A stretch of 64,000 nt of DNA from Candidatus Cloacimonadota bacterium (lineage in GTDB: Bacteria > Cloacimonadota > Cloacimonadia > Cloacimonadales > TCS61), in contig JAUVLU010000009.1 in NCBI GenBank assembly GCA_030600585.1, positions 3,698 through 67,697 of the forward strand, given 5' to 3'. The notes below the pieces were generated by a model. That model saw only the letters and a list, made by a program, of their open reading frames with translations, ran no database searches and was not told the origin of the DNA. Made by a program: the position numbers and the translations under genes. Shown in pieces: positions 1 through 8,577 of this stretch (position 1 is the first letter of the stretch; each line of letters opens with the position of its first letter).

Positions 1-1
1 T

Positions 2-838
2 TGTATAAACAAATACAGCCGTGTCCACATCTACCCCGTCTTTGTCTCCGGTAACATTAAGTTCTACTTTTGGTGTAATGCTTAAGCCCAGATCAAATCT
101 TGGAGAGAAATGTATATTGGCTCCTACTTTAAACTGAATTGCAGAGAATTCTCTATCTAAAGTATTTATTGTATCATTTAATGTATCATTCATCATATCC
201 TGCGCTTCAGGCGTCCAGATCACACTTCTTTCCATTTCAGAATCACCTGTTAGTTGTGCAACTTCCAAACCATAAGAAAACAAATTTGTATCTATTACTG
301 CTATCTGGAAAGCAATTGCATTTATTCCGCCTTTACTTTCTATAGAATTCTGGGCGATCTTTGGTGGATAGCCATTATCATCGGAATTCTTGTTATTCCT
401 AACCTGCTCAAAATAATCTGCTTTAAAACTGATTTGCGGTCTATATTGAAGTGATGCGGCAAGTTCAAAATCTGAAATTGCTCTTTTGTAATATATTCCA
501 CCTGCAAAATCGGCAAATGTGTTTACATTGCTGACATAAACTGCATCTCCGCAATAAGCGTCGAATGAGTTATACATCGGTAATGACCTGTTGTCTGAAT
601 CGATCAGGAAACCTCCAGTTCCCTGAAAGCCAAACCCGTTTTTGAGTCCTGTTATGTTTGCGGGATTAACCATAGAATCGAATAATCTAAAACCACCGGC
701 ACCAACAGCAGAACCCATGGCTGCTGAATGCGGATCTAAGTTTCCAATTATGTTTCCGGTTTCTTTTTCTAATATCGAATATGAATATAAACCCGAAATT
801 ATTGTAATTAATGTTATTATAAAAAATACTTTTTTCAT
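2..838 (-). CDS. Putative outer-membrane beta-barrel protein; C-terminus lies beyond the window edge
   Basis: My own minus-strand translation from ATG 838-836 reaches the window edge with no stop. It begins MKKVFFIITLITIISGLYSYSILEKETG (signal-peptide-like), followed by Gly/aromatic alternating segments (GFGFQGTGGFLIDSDN, FADFAGGIYYKR). It is absent from the ORF track because it is open-ended. It starts 24 nt after the stop of the upstream same-strand gene. Confidence 0.6.
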   Translation of the reverse strand, partial: MKKVFFIITLITIISGLYSYSILEKETGNIIGNLDPHSAAMGSAVGAGGFRLFDSMVNPANITGLKNGFGFQGTGGFLIDSDNRSLPMYNSFDAYCGDAVYVSNVNTFADFAGGIYYKRAISDFELAASLQYRPQISFKADYFEQVRNNKNSDDNGYPPKIAQNSIESKGGINAIAFQIAVIDTNLFSYGLEVAQLTGDSEMERSVIWTPEAQDMMNDTLNDTINTLDREFSAIQFKVGANIHFSPRFDLGLSITPKVELNVTGDKDGVDVDTAVFVYT

Positions 839-861
839 CTATCCTCCAGATATCTTATATA

Positions 862-3477
862 TTAAAATTTCCAATCAAGCTGCAAGCGGACAATATTTTC
901 TTCTCTTTCCACACGTTGGAAATAATATTCTCCTTCATCAGGAATTTCATTATATTCCCTGAATTCCAGCTCTCTTGTTAAAAATTGTTTGTATTTATAT
1001 TTAAGTGATAAATAAACATTGTTTGCGATTCTACTGTGGATATTGAACCATGCTTTATAGCCTCTGTCACTCATATCAAAATCGAGTTCAATATCTTCAA
1101 AATCCCAGAATGATGCGCCATTTGCATACCACATGGAAAATGCTCCGATAACTTTGAGATTCTCATTAAAATGATGTGTATAATCCAGATATATCATGTC
1201 ACCATCGCTAAGTGTTTGTGCTTGAGCCATATCGGGTGCTCCGGGTTCGGCAGGATCAGAAAGAATTGAAAGGTAAGGCGGCTGCAACACTCTTGCATAA
1301 ACATATCCCAACTGTAATTTATTAAAATTAGAAAGATATACGACAAGTTTAAGTTCTGTTTCATCTGCTTGAGATTTACCTCTTTCCATTTCGTCATCAT
1401 ATCTTTTAACTTGATGCTTATGACGAAGTCTGAAACGTAATTGATGGATTGGTTTGAATTCAAGTTTTACCTGAGCGCGTACTCCGCGGCGCGCATCAGA
1501 TTTCCTTTCCCAAATATCGAGATATGCTTTGGTGAGTGTAAGCATTTGATGGAACTGATACCTTGTCTCAAAATAAATCCCTCTTTCTGCAGATGGTTGG
1601 GCTGAATTATTATACATGTCGTTTAATAATGTATTGTTCAGACCATAAGTCAATTTTTCAAAGACTGTATCATCAAATCTTTCGCTTTCGGAAAAACTAC
1701 GGTGATAAGGGTTATCAAAATCGAGATCATAATCACGATAAATAGAAAGCAGGTATATGTTATCAAATTGAGTATAAGAACTTATCAGAAGTGCGCTTGG
1801 GTCATCTCCTATTTTACCGAGACTACCATCAGTTTGAAGTTCTGCATATTCACCTTGAATGGAAGTATTATTCAGAACCGTTCTCCAATCGAAACCAACA
1901 ACTCTTCTATAATCTCTATTTCCGTATTCATCTGAAATTGTAGAATACATCGATGTAATTTCATTGTCAGTTATCTTCCATTTATCGAAATAATAATCAT
2001 CGGCAATTAGAATTCCTTTAAGCTCTTCTTCTTCTGGAACTACAAATTCTCTATCATAAACTGCTTCGTAACCCGTAAAACCGATATGTGTTCCAATAAA
2101 GGGTGAATATTCAAAATGCCCGCCAATAATATCTTCTTGTAAAGCATCAAGACGAGGAGCTATTTTCACTTGATTCTCATTTCCTGCATAATCATTAAAG
2201 AATGCTTCAGCTTCTTCCAGCTCATCATTAGAGAAGCGGTTTGTCATACTTATATAACCGAGAATATAGTCATCATCATCAAGTTCACCATTTTCATTAC
2301 TATCATAAACTACAGCATCTTTCTTATCGGAAGATAGGAAAACAACTGCATTCAAGTTATTTCGTTTCCAATCTAATGCGATACCACGTAAGGCATATTC
2401 CTGTGTTCTGGAGATGTCACCAATAATTCCGGTAATTCTTTTATTAAAGCCGTATCCGGTTTTTCTGGGACTGTATGAATCGGTGTTTTCCATAACCAAT
2501 CCTTCCCCGAAAGTTGCACGGAAATTACCTGCATATACTTTTATGAAGTTTCTTCCCAATAGATTTATATTATTTTCATAACCAACATAAAACTTTCCGT
2601 CTTCAAAAAGAGTTCTGGAATTGCTGTCAAATATTGGTGTTGAACCTTTGGGAGTTTCATAGATAAATCCGGCTTTGAATTGATCTTTATAACGCATTCT
2701 AAGTTTATTCATCATAGAAGCGCGATGGGATTCCATATTGAAATATCCCCAGTAAGATTGTCTTTTGATAACAGGTGTATCAGGATCATCATCATTTGGT
2801 GGATCAAATCTAATCATTGATTCTAGATACATTTCTTTTTCATTATCTCCATAAGGACTATCATTGTATTTCATTTGATAATCAAAATAGAGATCCCGCA
2901 TCTCCGGTTGTTCTTTATAGTAGATGTAATTTTTCAAGTTTTTAGCTCCGTAATATGAAATTCCGGGTGATTTGCGTAGATCACGATAATTTGAGATGGA
3001 ATCGCCAACTGATACTCTATTCAAGATTGCAGCGACATCGATAGGAGAAGTATTTGGAAGGTTTAAAATATCTGAGAAAGCAAGCTTGTTAATATTCCTT
3101 GGTGAGATGAGATAATCTTCCCAAATATCGCTCATTCCCTCCTGCAAACCTTCGCTACTGCCTAATCTCTCGATAAGATAATAAATATCATCACGGCGTT
3201 GAGCAGACTCATCTTTCTCATCATAATGAGAAACGGAGACAAGCGGTTTTAGTAAATTCAATGTTTCCTGATCGATAGATTCAATTTCGCGAAGTTGATA
3301 TATACTCTGAAAAAAACTAATATAAAATCGGTAATTGTAAATATCGTCAGCCTGTTCTTCCGTAATCGGCAATTGAGTTTTTAATTCCTGTAATGTTGCA
3401 GTATTCAAATCTACTATAGCTTCTGAAATTGTAATAATGGACATCGTCAAAAGCAAAATTATTATTAATTTTTTCAT
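862..3477 (-). CDS. Large exported protein: two ComEA-like helix-hairpin-helix motifs fused to a probable outer-membrane barrel
   Basis: 871-aa ORF with signal peptide MKKLIIILLLTMSIITISEA. HhH-like motifs: IVDLNTATLQELKTQLPITEEQADDIYNYR and NINKLAFSDILNLPNTSPIDVAAILNRV. About 700 aa of strand-like aromatic/Gly sequence follows, ending ...RLQLDWKF (terminal Phe). Confidence 0.6.
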   Translation of the reverse strand: MKKLIIILLLTMSIITISEAIVDLNTATLQELKTQLPITEEQADDIYNYRFYISFFQSIYQLREIESIDQETLNLLKPLVSVSHYDEKDESAQRRDDIYYLIERLGSSEGLQEGMSDIWEDYLISPRNINKLAFSDILNLPNTSPIDVAAILNRVSVGDSISNYRDLRKSPGISYYGAKNLKNYIYYKEQPEMRDLYFDYQMKYNDSPYGDNEKEMYLESMIRFDPPNDDDPDTPVIKRQSYWGYFNMESHRASMMNKLRMRYKDQFKAGFIYETPKGSTPIFDSNSRTLFEDGKFYVGYENNINLLGRNFIKVYAGNFRATFGEGLVMENTDSYSPRKTGYGFNKRITGIIGDISRTQEYALRGIALDWKRNNLNAVVFLSSDKKDAVVYDSNENGELDDDDYILGYISMTNRFSNDELEEAEAFFNDYAGNENQVKIAPRLDALQEDIIGGHFEYSPFIGTHIGFTGYEAVYDREFVVPEEEELKGILIADDYYFDKWKITDNEITSMYSTISDEYGNRDYRRVVGFDWRTVLNNTSIQGEYAELQTDGSLGKIGDDPSALLISSYTQFDNIYLLSIYRDYDLDFDNPYHRSFSESERFDDTVFEKLTYGLNNTLLNDMYNNSAQPSAERGIYFETRYQFHQMLTLTKAYLDIWERKSDARRGVRAQVKLEFKPIHQLRFRLRHKHQVKRYDDEMERGKSQADETELKLVVYLSNFNKLQLGYVYARVLQPPYLSILSDPAEPGAPDMAQAQTLSDGDMIYLDYTHHFNENLKVIGAFSMWYANGASFWDFEDIELDFDMSDRGYKAWFNIHSRIANNVYLSLKYKYKQFLTRELEFREYNEIPDEGEYYFQRVEREENIVRLQLDWKF

Positions 3478-3694
3478 ATTTAATTTTTCCTTATTTCTAT
3501 CAGATTTATTATTTTGATACTTCTGATTTTGTTAAAAAAAAATTCCCCTTTTACTTGTAAAGGATTTTTCTATTAAACTGCAATAATGAAAACAAATGAG
3601 AAAATCAAAATCACAACTTGCAGATACTGAGATAAAAAAGATTTGACAAAGAAAATGCAGCTCAGATTCTGTGTCATAAGAATTTGGAGGAAGA

Positions 3695-4171
3695 ATGGCA
3701 GAAAATACAAAAATTGAAAAGACAAAAAAGTTCTCATTAATTGAACTTATCATGATAATTATATTAGTTGGAATTGCATTTACACTAATTATTCCATTAA
3801 GAGTAGACAAATTAAACCACGGAAAACTTAAGGAAGCCGTTTATAATATGCAGATTATTGCCCGAGCAGATGTTGAATTTAAAGAAGATCCTGCAAACGG
3901 ATATTATATTTTTGAACATACAGTTACACGACTTGATAAAGAAGGTAATTATACAGGAGAAGATCTGTTAAATGTTATTGATGATCTGGAGAAAACAAAT
4001 GATGTATTTCTTTTTGATTATTCCGTTACCGATACTACTGTTGTGGCTACATCAAATCAGCATTTTGGGAAAAAAGGTGCATCGATATATTACTATCTGC
4101 CAAACGGTCCGTGGGGTGTTAACAACGACAAAATTTCAAAAAGCATTTTTGATCCAAACTGGCTTCCGTAA
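3695..4171 (+). CDS. Pilin/pseudopilin-like protein with a non-canonical prepilin motif
   Basis: 158 aa, with GGAGG 5 nt upstream of the ATG. The N-terminus MAENTKIEKTKK-FSLIELIMIIILVGIAF matches the F-S/T-L-I-E-L hydrophobic pilin helix. Position -1 is Lys rather than Gly. Confidence 0.55.
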   Translation: MAENTKIEKTKKFSLIELIMIIILVGIAFTLIIPLRVDKLNHGKLKEAVYNMQIIARADVEFKEDPANGYYIFEHTVTRLDKEGNYTGEDLLNVIDDLEKTNDVFLFDYSVTDTTVVATSNQHFGKKGASIYYYLPNGPWGVNNDKISKSIFDPNWLP

Positions 4172-4189
4172 ATTTTAATAATTAATTAC

Positions 4190-5776
4190 ATGAATACATT
4201 CCAGAACCTTCAGGGTTTCAATCTCCTTGAAGGTTTTTTTGCATCCACACCACTGCTGATATCTTATGCAGAGATCCATTTCCATCTTAAATATCTTTAT
4301 CCAAAATATTACAGGAAAGAACCTGAGATAATTACCGATATTCCGATCAGAGTTATAAAAAATCAAAAACGAACTATCCCCTTACTCATCATTGTAAAAG
4401 ATGCCGACCTCTTCCCCGTAACAATCAATTCTGTAAATGTTTGTGTGGAAGTAAATAATAAGATAGTATCACAAAATTTTACTATTAACAAAGAAATAAA
4501 AGATAAATATTTCTCCCAAATACTCGAAGTTGATGTCACTGAGATGGAAGCTGATCAGTCATTAAAAATAATTGCTAAACTTGATGTAGAGATCGACGGC
4601 AAACCGAAAATAGTGATCAATGATAATTTTCCTGGTATTCAAACAAAACCATATAAAACATTTTATACAAAAGAACCACTGCCATTGCCGGAGAATTGGT
4701 ATGCTGGTGAACCACATTATCACAGTATCCATACTGCTGATCAGGTTGAATTTGGGGCTGATGTAAAATCTACATCAGAATTGGCAAAAGCGATGGGACT
4801 TTCCTGGCTATTTATTACAGATCATTCCTACGATCTGGATGACTGCACTACATCCTGCACAAAGAATAATAAGGATCTTCCAATTTGGAAGCAGATGCAG
4901 AAAGATGTGAAAGAATATGATTCAAAAGACTTCCGTATAATCCAGGGAGAAGAGGTTTCGATCGGGAATTCTAAAGGTGAAAATGTTCATATGCTGGCGA
5001 TAGATCATCCTAAATTCATCGAAGGACACGGTGACAGTGCTGAGAAATGGTTTAAAAATAAACCGCAGCATTCTCTTACCGAGATAAAGAAATTACATAA
5101 TAAAAAAAATCTATTTATTGCGGCACATCCAATCGAGAAAATTCCTTTTATGCAGAAACTCACTCTTAGACGTGGTATCTGGCATGAAGAAGATTATCAA
5201 AATAGCGGGATCAATTTTCTGCAGGTCATTAATAGTGCGGAACCAGACAATATTGAACGCTCTGTAAGTTATTGGAAAAACCTACTTCTTAAAGGTAATA
5301 GATATTATCTAATTGCCGGCAATGATGCGCACGGAAATTTTAATGTGATGCGTCAGATAAAATCTCCTTTTTGGAAATTGTTCTCTTCACAGAAACAAGT
5401 TTTCGGTCAATTTTTTACAGCTTATAAATATAAGGAAAACCAACCTGTAGCCGGATTGAAAAATGGCGAAGTTATTGTTAGTAACGGTCCATTTCTTTCA
5501 TTTCAATTAAAAGTTGGAAATGAGTTTTCCCCAATTGGTTCAATATGTAAAACCGGTAAGGCAGATCTCATTTTTGAGAGAAAAACTTCAACTGAATTCG
5601 GTAAAATCTCAAATATTTCGGTTTTTATTGGTGATTATAATTCAGGTAATGAAACAAAAATTGAAAATCCTGAAAATAATTGCGAGATAGATCTTCCGGA
5701 AAAAGGTTATGTTCGCATGAGTTTAACAACCGAAAATGGTGGAGTTGTATTTACAAATCCTGTCCGGGTAGATTAA
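4190..5776 (+). CDS. PHP-domain (polymerase/histidinol-phosphatase type) metal-dependent phosphoesterase with an N-terminal extra domain
   Basis: 528 aa. His/Asp ligand pattern: GEPHYHSIHTADQ, LFITDHSYD, VHMLAIDH, FIAAHP, IAGNDAHG. The start codon is uncertain. Confidence 0.6.
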   Translation: MNTFQNLQGFNLLEGFFASTPLLISYAEIHFHLKYLYPKYYRKEPEIITDIPIRVIKNQKRTIPLLIIVKDADLFPVTINSVNVCVEVNNKIVSQNFTINKEIKDKYFSQILEVDVTEMEADQSLKIIAKLDVEIDGKPKIVINDNFPGIQTKPYKTFYTKEPLPLPENWYAGEPHYHSIHTADQVEFGADVKSTSELAKAMGLSWLFITDHSYDLDDCTTSCTKNNKDLPIWKQMQKDVKEYDSKDFRIIQGEEVSIGNSKGENVHMLAIDHPKFIEGHGDSAEKWFKNKPQHSLTEIKKLHNKKNLFIAAHPIEKIPFMQKLTLRRGIWHEEDYQNSGINFLQVINSAEPDNIERSVSYWKNLLLKGNRYYLIAGNDAHGNFNVMRQIKSPFWKLFSSQKQVFGQFFTAYKYKENQPVAGLKNGEVIVSNGPFLSFQLKVGNEFSPIGSICKTGKADLIFERKTSTEFGKISNISVFIGDYNSGNETKIENPENNCEIDLPEKGYVRMSLTTENGGVVFTNPVRVD

Positions 5777-5780
5777 GTAA

Positions 5781-6155
5781 AGAATTTAACACAGAGACGC
5801 AAAGACACAGAGAAAAGAATATAAAACAAATATCCAACACTTACGTTCCCAATATCCCGAATGCTTTCGGGAGGAACGAGAATAAGAATTTAACACAGAG
5901 ACACCAGTCTTCGTCCCGAATAACGGGACTACGCCTCGGCAGGCAGAGGCACAGAGAAAAGAATATAAAACAAATATCCAATATTCAAGAGAAGTCGTTT
6001 GCTATCGCAAGCCGACTTTTACAACACGGAATAATCAAGAAAACACACCTCCCGACTAAAGTCGGACTCCTACTTCGACAAGCTCAGTACAGCGTCTCAA
6101 GAGGAGATTTTTATAGTGTTTTCCTTTGTTCGTTCTTGTTCGTTTCAGTTCGTTG
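5781..6155. repeat. Intergenic nested-repeat block
   Basis: agaatttaacacagagac occurs at 5781-5798 and 5885-5902. cacagagaaaagaatataaaacaaatatccaa occurs at 5806-5837 and 5950-5981. The second unit carries a ~45-nt insert, gtcttcgtcccgaataacgggactacgcctcggcaggcaga, whose ends recur at 15897-15926. A tcgtttgctatcgcaagccgact hairpin motif (5994-6017) recurs at 58598-58616, and gttcgtt repeats lie at 6128-6155. Confidence 0.85.
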
Positions 6156-6947
6156 TTAACTTGTTAATTTCCGTATTGCTTTATATAATTCTATAAAATC
6201 TTTCTCCGTAAGCGTCTCCCCTCTTCTTGTAAGCTCGATCTCACATTTTGAGCTTAGTTCTTCGATCTTTTCTTTAGAGAGAATTACACGCAAATTCCTG
6301 CGTAACATTTTTCTTCGATTTTGAAATGCAATTTCAACAACTCTCCAGAAAAATTTTTCATCTTCCAAAATCGGTTTATCTTTTCGAGGTATTAATATTA
6401 TTACTGCAGAATCAACTTTGGGTGGTGGAAAAAATAGGTGCGGTTTTACAGTAAAGCCGTATTCAACATTAAAATAGAATTGCATTTTTAAGGAAAGCTT
6501 TCCGTAATCTTTTGTGCCGACTCCCGCATTTATTCTCTCAGCTACCTCTTTCTGGATCATCACCACAACTTGCTTAAAATAATCAGCATGCTCTGTTACT
6601 CTGAATAAAAATGGTGATGTGATCTGATATGGAAGATTTGCCACGATCTTCAACTTATTATCATTCAAATATTCTTTCCAATCTATTTTTAGAATGTCTT
6701 TTCTAACTAAATTGATATTTGTGCCAAATTTCTCGATCAATACTGGAAATAGACTTTCATCGATCTCGAAGCAGGTTAAATTGCACTTTTGCAAAAGCAA
6801 TTCACATGTGAGTATGCCCTTGCCAGGTCCCACCTCCCAAACCTTTTCATTCTCTTTAATTTCTGCAAGATCAGCTATCTTCCTTACAATGTTTTTGTCT
6901 TTTAAAAAATGCTGACCAAGACTTTTTTTATGTCTGAATTTTTTCAT
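6156..6947 (-). CDS. rsmA: 16S rRNA (adenine1518/1519-N6)-dimethyltransferase
   Basis: 263 aa with the N-terminal KKSLGQHFLKDKNIVRKI signature, the SAM motif VWEVGPGKGILT, and NLPYQITSP. Confidence 0.9.
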   Translation of the reverse strand: MKKFRHKKSLGQHFLKDKNIVRKIADLAEIKENEKVWEVGPGKGILTCELLLQKCNLTCFEIDESLFPVLIEKFGTNINLVRKDILKIDWKEYLNDNKLKIVANLPYQITSPFLFRVTEHADYFKQVVVMIQKEVAERINAGVGTKDYGKLSLKMQFYFNVEYGFTVKPHLFFPPPKVDSAVIILIPRKDKPILEDEKFFWRVVEIAFQNRRKMLRRNLRVILSKEKIEELSSKCEIELTRRGETLTEKDFIELYKAIRKLTS

Positions 6948-7826
6948 CTACATCTGCCCCAATATCTTTTCAATTTTCTTTTTATCAAAATTGTAATCAG
7001 TATTACAAAAATGGCAATGAATGATAAGCGTTTCATTTGTATCTATCGCTTCCTGCAATTCCTTTTTAGAAAGAAGCTTAATACCAATTTCGAACTTTTC
7101 TTTTGAACAATCGCATTTATATTTTACAGGCGAAGTTTCTTTGATCTCAGGTTCCAAACCTTTTAAAATGAACTTAGATATTATATCTTCGATAGAGTGT
7201 CCCATATCCATCATATCGGTCAAATTTGGGAATTTTGACAGGTTCTTTTCAATCTTGGAAATTACATCTTCTTTAGTTTCCGGTAAAACCTGAATAATAA
7301 ACCCGCCAGCTTGTTTTATCATTCCATCCGGCATAACCAAAACGCCAAGTCCAACCGAGGAAGGAATCTGTTCCGACTTTGCAAAGTAATATGTAATATC
7401 TTTAGCAATTGTGCTATACTTCAATTCTATCTGACCGATGTAAGGATTTTTCATGCCCAGATCTTTGATGATAGTAAGGGTTCCATTACCGATTGCATTT
7501 TGAATATCGAAGGTTTTTGTTTGCTCATTTAATGGGATTTCAACTTCCGGTTTTTTTGCATAACCCTTTACATTGCCGTTCTTACGAGCAGTAACAATTG
7601 CAACTCCGGCAAGTCCGTCTCCATCTATCTTTAATGTAATTACATTTTTATCAGATTTCAGATCGGCTGCCATCATGAGTGCTGCACTTATCATTCTTCC
7701 CATTATTACAGAATTAATCATTGATAAATGATGGATTTTAACTGCTTTCTGTACTGTCTCCGTTGCATCTATCGCAAAGAAACGAATACTTTTATCTTTG
7801 GTAATTCCTCTGATTATTCTATCCAC
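6948..7826 (-). CDS. hslO: Hsp33 redox-regulated chaperonin
   Basis: 292 aa with Hsp33 layout and a C-terminal zinc centre (YKCDCS ... IIHCHFCNTDY). It abuts rsmA with no gap. Confidence 0.9.
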   Translation of the reverse strand: MDRIIRGITKDKSIRFFAIDATETVQKAVKIHHLSMINSVIMGRMISAALMMAADLKSDKNVITLKIDGDGLAGVAIVTARKNGNVKGYAKKPEVEIPLNEQTKTFDIQNAIGNGTLTIIKDLGMKNPYIGQIELKYSTIAKDITYYFAKSEQIPSSVGLGVLVMPDGMIKQAGGFIIQVLPETKEDVISKIEKNLSKFPNLTDMMDMGHSIEDIISKFILKGLEPEIKETSPVKYKCDCSKEKFEIGIKLLSKKELQEAIDTNETLIIHCHFCNTDYNFDKKKIEKILGQM

Positions 7827-7877
7827 ATTTATTCCTCATTATAAGTCACTTCGGTTTATGGTATATATTTGTAAATG

Positions 7878-7907
7878 AAAAAAAAGCCGACCAGCTAACT
7901 GATCGGC
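7878..7907 (-). terminator. Rho-independent terminator after the GIY-YIG gene
   Basis: On the minus strand, GCCGATCAG-TTAG-CTGGTCGGC (9-bp stem) is followed by a T8 run. Confidence 0.75.
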
Positions 7908-7923
7908 TTTATAATGACGGGAG
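7881..7923. repeat. Direct repeat copy A (tRNA-Asp 3' end-like sequence plus terminator)
   Basis: Minus strand CTCCCGTCATTATAAAGCCGATCAGTTAGCTGGTCGGCTTTTT aligns with copy B at 8214-8257 (CTCCCGCCATTATAAAGCCGATCAATTATTTGGTCGGCGTTTTT). The stem differences A>G and T>C are compensatory. Confidence 0.85.
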
Positions 7924-7954
7924 TCCCGACTAATCGGGAGAACTGCCTTTTGCG

Positions 7955-8209
7955 TTACTTATTTAACAACTCTTCAATATATTTTCTACTTTTCTTTATT
8001 TTAATTTCATTCTCTCTTTTAATTGCTTCTGATTTAGTTTCAAACTTCTCATTGTAAACAAGCTCCCAAGGAATACCTGATTTTGTTGATTTACTCCAAC
8101 CTGAATTATGTCGTTCTAATCTTAATCCAAGATCATGAGTGTAACCAACGTAATACTTATCTGTAGATTTCGAATAAATAATGTATGTATAAAACACAAT
8201 TATCTCCAT
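7955..8209 (-). CDS. Small stand-alone GIY-YIG nuclease-family protein
   Basis: 84 aa. YTYIIYSKSTDKYYVGYTHDLGLRLERHNSG contains the GIY...YVG and R..H motifs, and a conserved Glu context (RENEIK) follows. Confidence 0.85.
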   Translation of the reverse strand: MEIIVFYTYIIYSKSTDKYYVGYTHDLGLRLERHNSGWSKSTKSGIPWELVYNEKFETKSEAIKRENEIKIKKSRKYIEELLNK

Positions 8210-8211
8210 AA

Positions 8212-8241
8212 ATAAAAACGCCGACCAAATAATTGATCGGC
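8212..8241 (-). terminator. Rho-independent terminator after tRNA-Asp
   Basis: On the minus strand, GCCGATCAA-TTA-TTTGGTCGGC is followed by GTTTTTATTT, 7 nt after the tRNA CCA end. Confidence 0.75.
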
Positions 8242-8257
8242 TTTATAATGGCGGGAG
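8214..8257. repeat. Direct repeat copy B (authentic tRNA-Asp 3' end plus terminator)
   Basis: See copy A. About 39 of 44 positions are shared, and the two copies bracket the GIY-YIG gene. Confidence 0.85.
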
Positions 8258-8326
8258 CGACGGGACTCGAACTCGCGACCTTCTGCGTGACAGGCAGACG
8301 TTCTAACCAAACTGAACTACGCCCCC
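8249..8326 (-). tRNA. tRNA-Asp (anticodon GTC), CCA encoded
   Basis: Reverse complement: GGGGGCGTAGTTCAGTTTGGTTAGAACGTCTGCCTGTCACGCAGAAGGTCGCGAGTTCGAGTCCCGTCGCTCCCGCCA. The acceptor stem GGGGGCG/CGCTCCC pairs, the anticodon loop is CTGTCAC, and the T-loop is TTCGAGT. It closely resembles E. coli tRNA-Asp. Confidence 0.92.
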
Positions 8327-8399
8327 GAAAAATGGGTTTCTTTAAGACACTCTATAATATTTTATTTGCGACGTGACTTCCCGAATACTTTCGGGACGA

Positions 8400-8446
8400 C
8401 TTCTGCGTGACAGGCAGACGTTCTAACCAAACTGAACTACGCCCCC
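8400..8446 (-). pseudogene. Truncated tRNA-Asp copy (5' half only, nt 1-47)
   Basis: 8400-8449 is 100% identical to 8280-8329. Identity ends in the variable region, and the following sequence (TCGTCCCGAAAGTATTCGGGAAGTCACG) has no T-loop and no acceptor 3' strand. Confidence 0.85.
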
Positions 8447-8577
8447 GAATACTTCACTAAATTCACTTGCGCACATTTAGATTTACGGGTTTATGTGTCA
8501 AAGATTTTTTATTATTTTGAAAAACTATTTTTACACAATCCTTTTAATCTTTTCTTATCTTTCTATTTTACAAATAA

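Noticed and set aside
5680-6159. 159-aa ORF in the track (MRDRSSGKRL...TQRHREKNIKQISN...)
   Set aside because: It starts inside the PHP gene in another frame. It then reads straight through the intergenic repeat units, so the same peptide words appear twice because the DNA is repeated. There is no SD, and the sequence is low-complexity.
8400-8446. A second functional tRNA-Asp gene
   Set aside because: Only nt 1-47 are present. The downstream sequence has no T-arm and no acceptor 3' strand, so it is annotated as a truncated copy.
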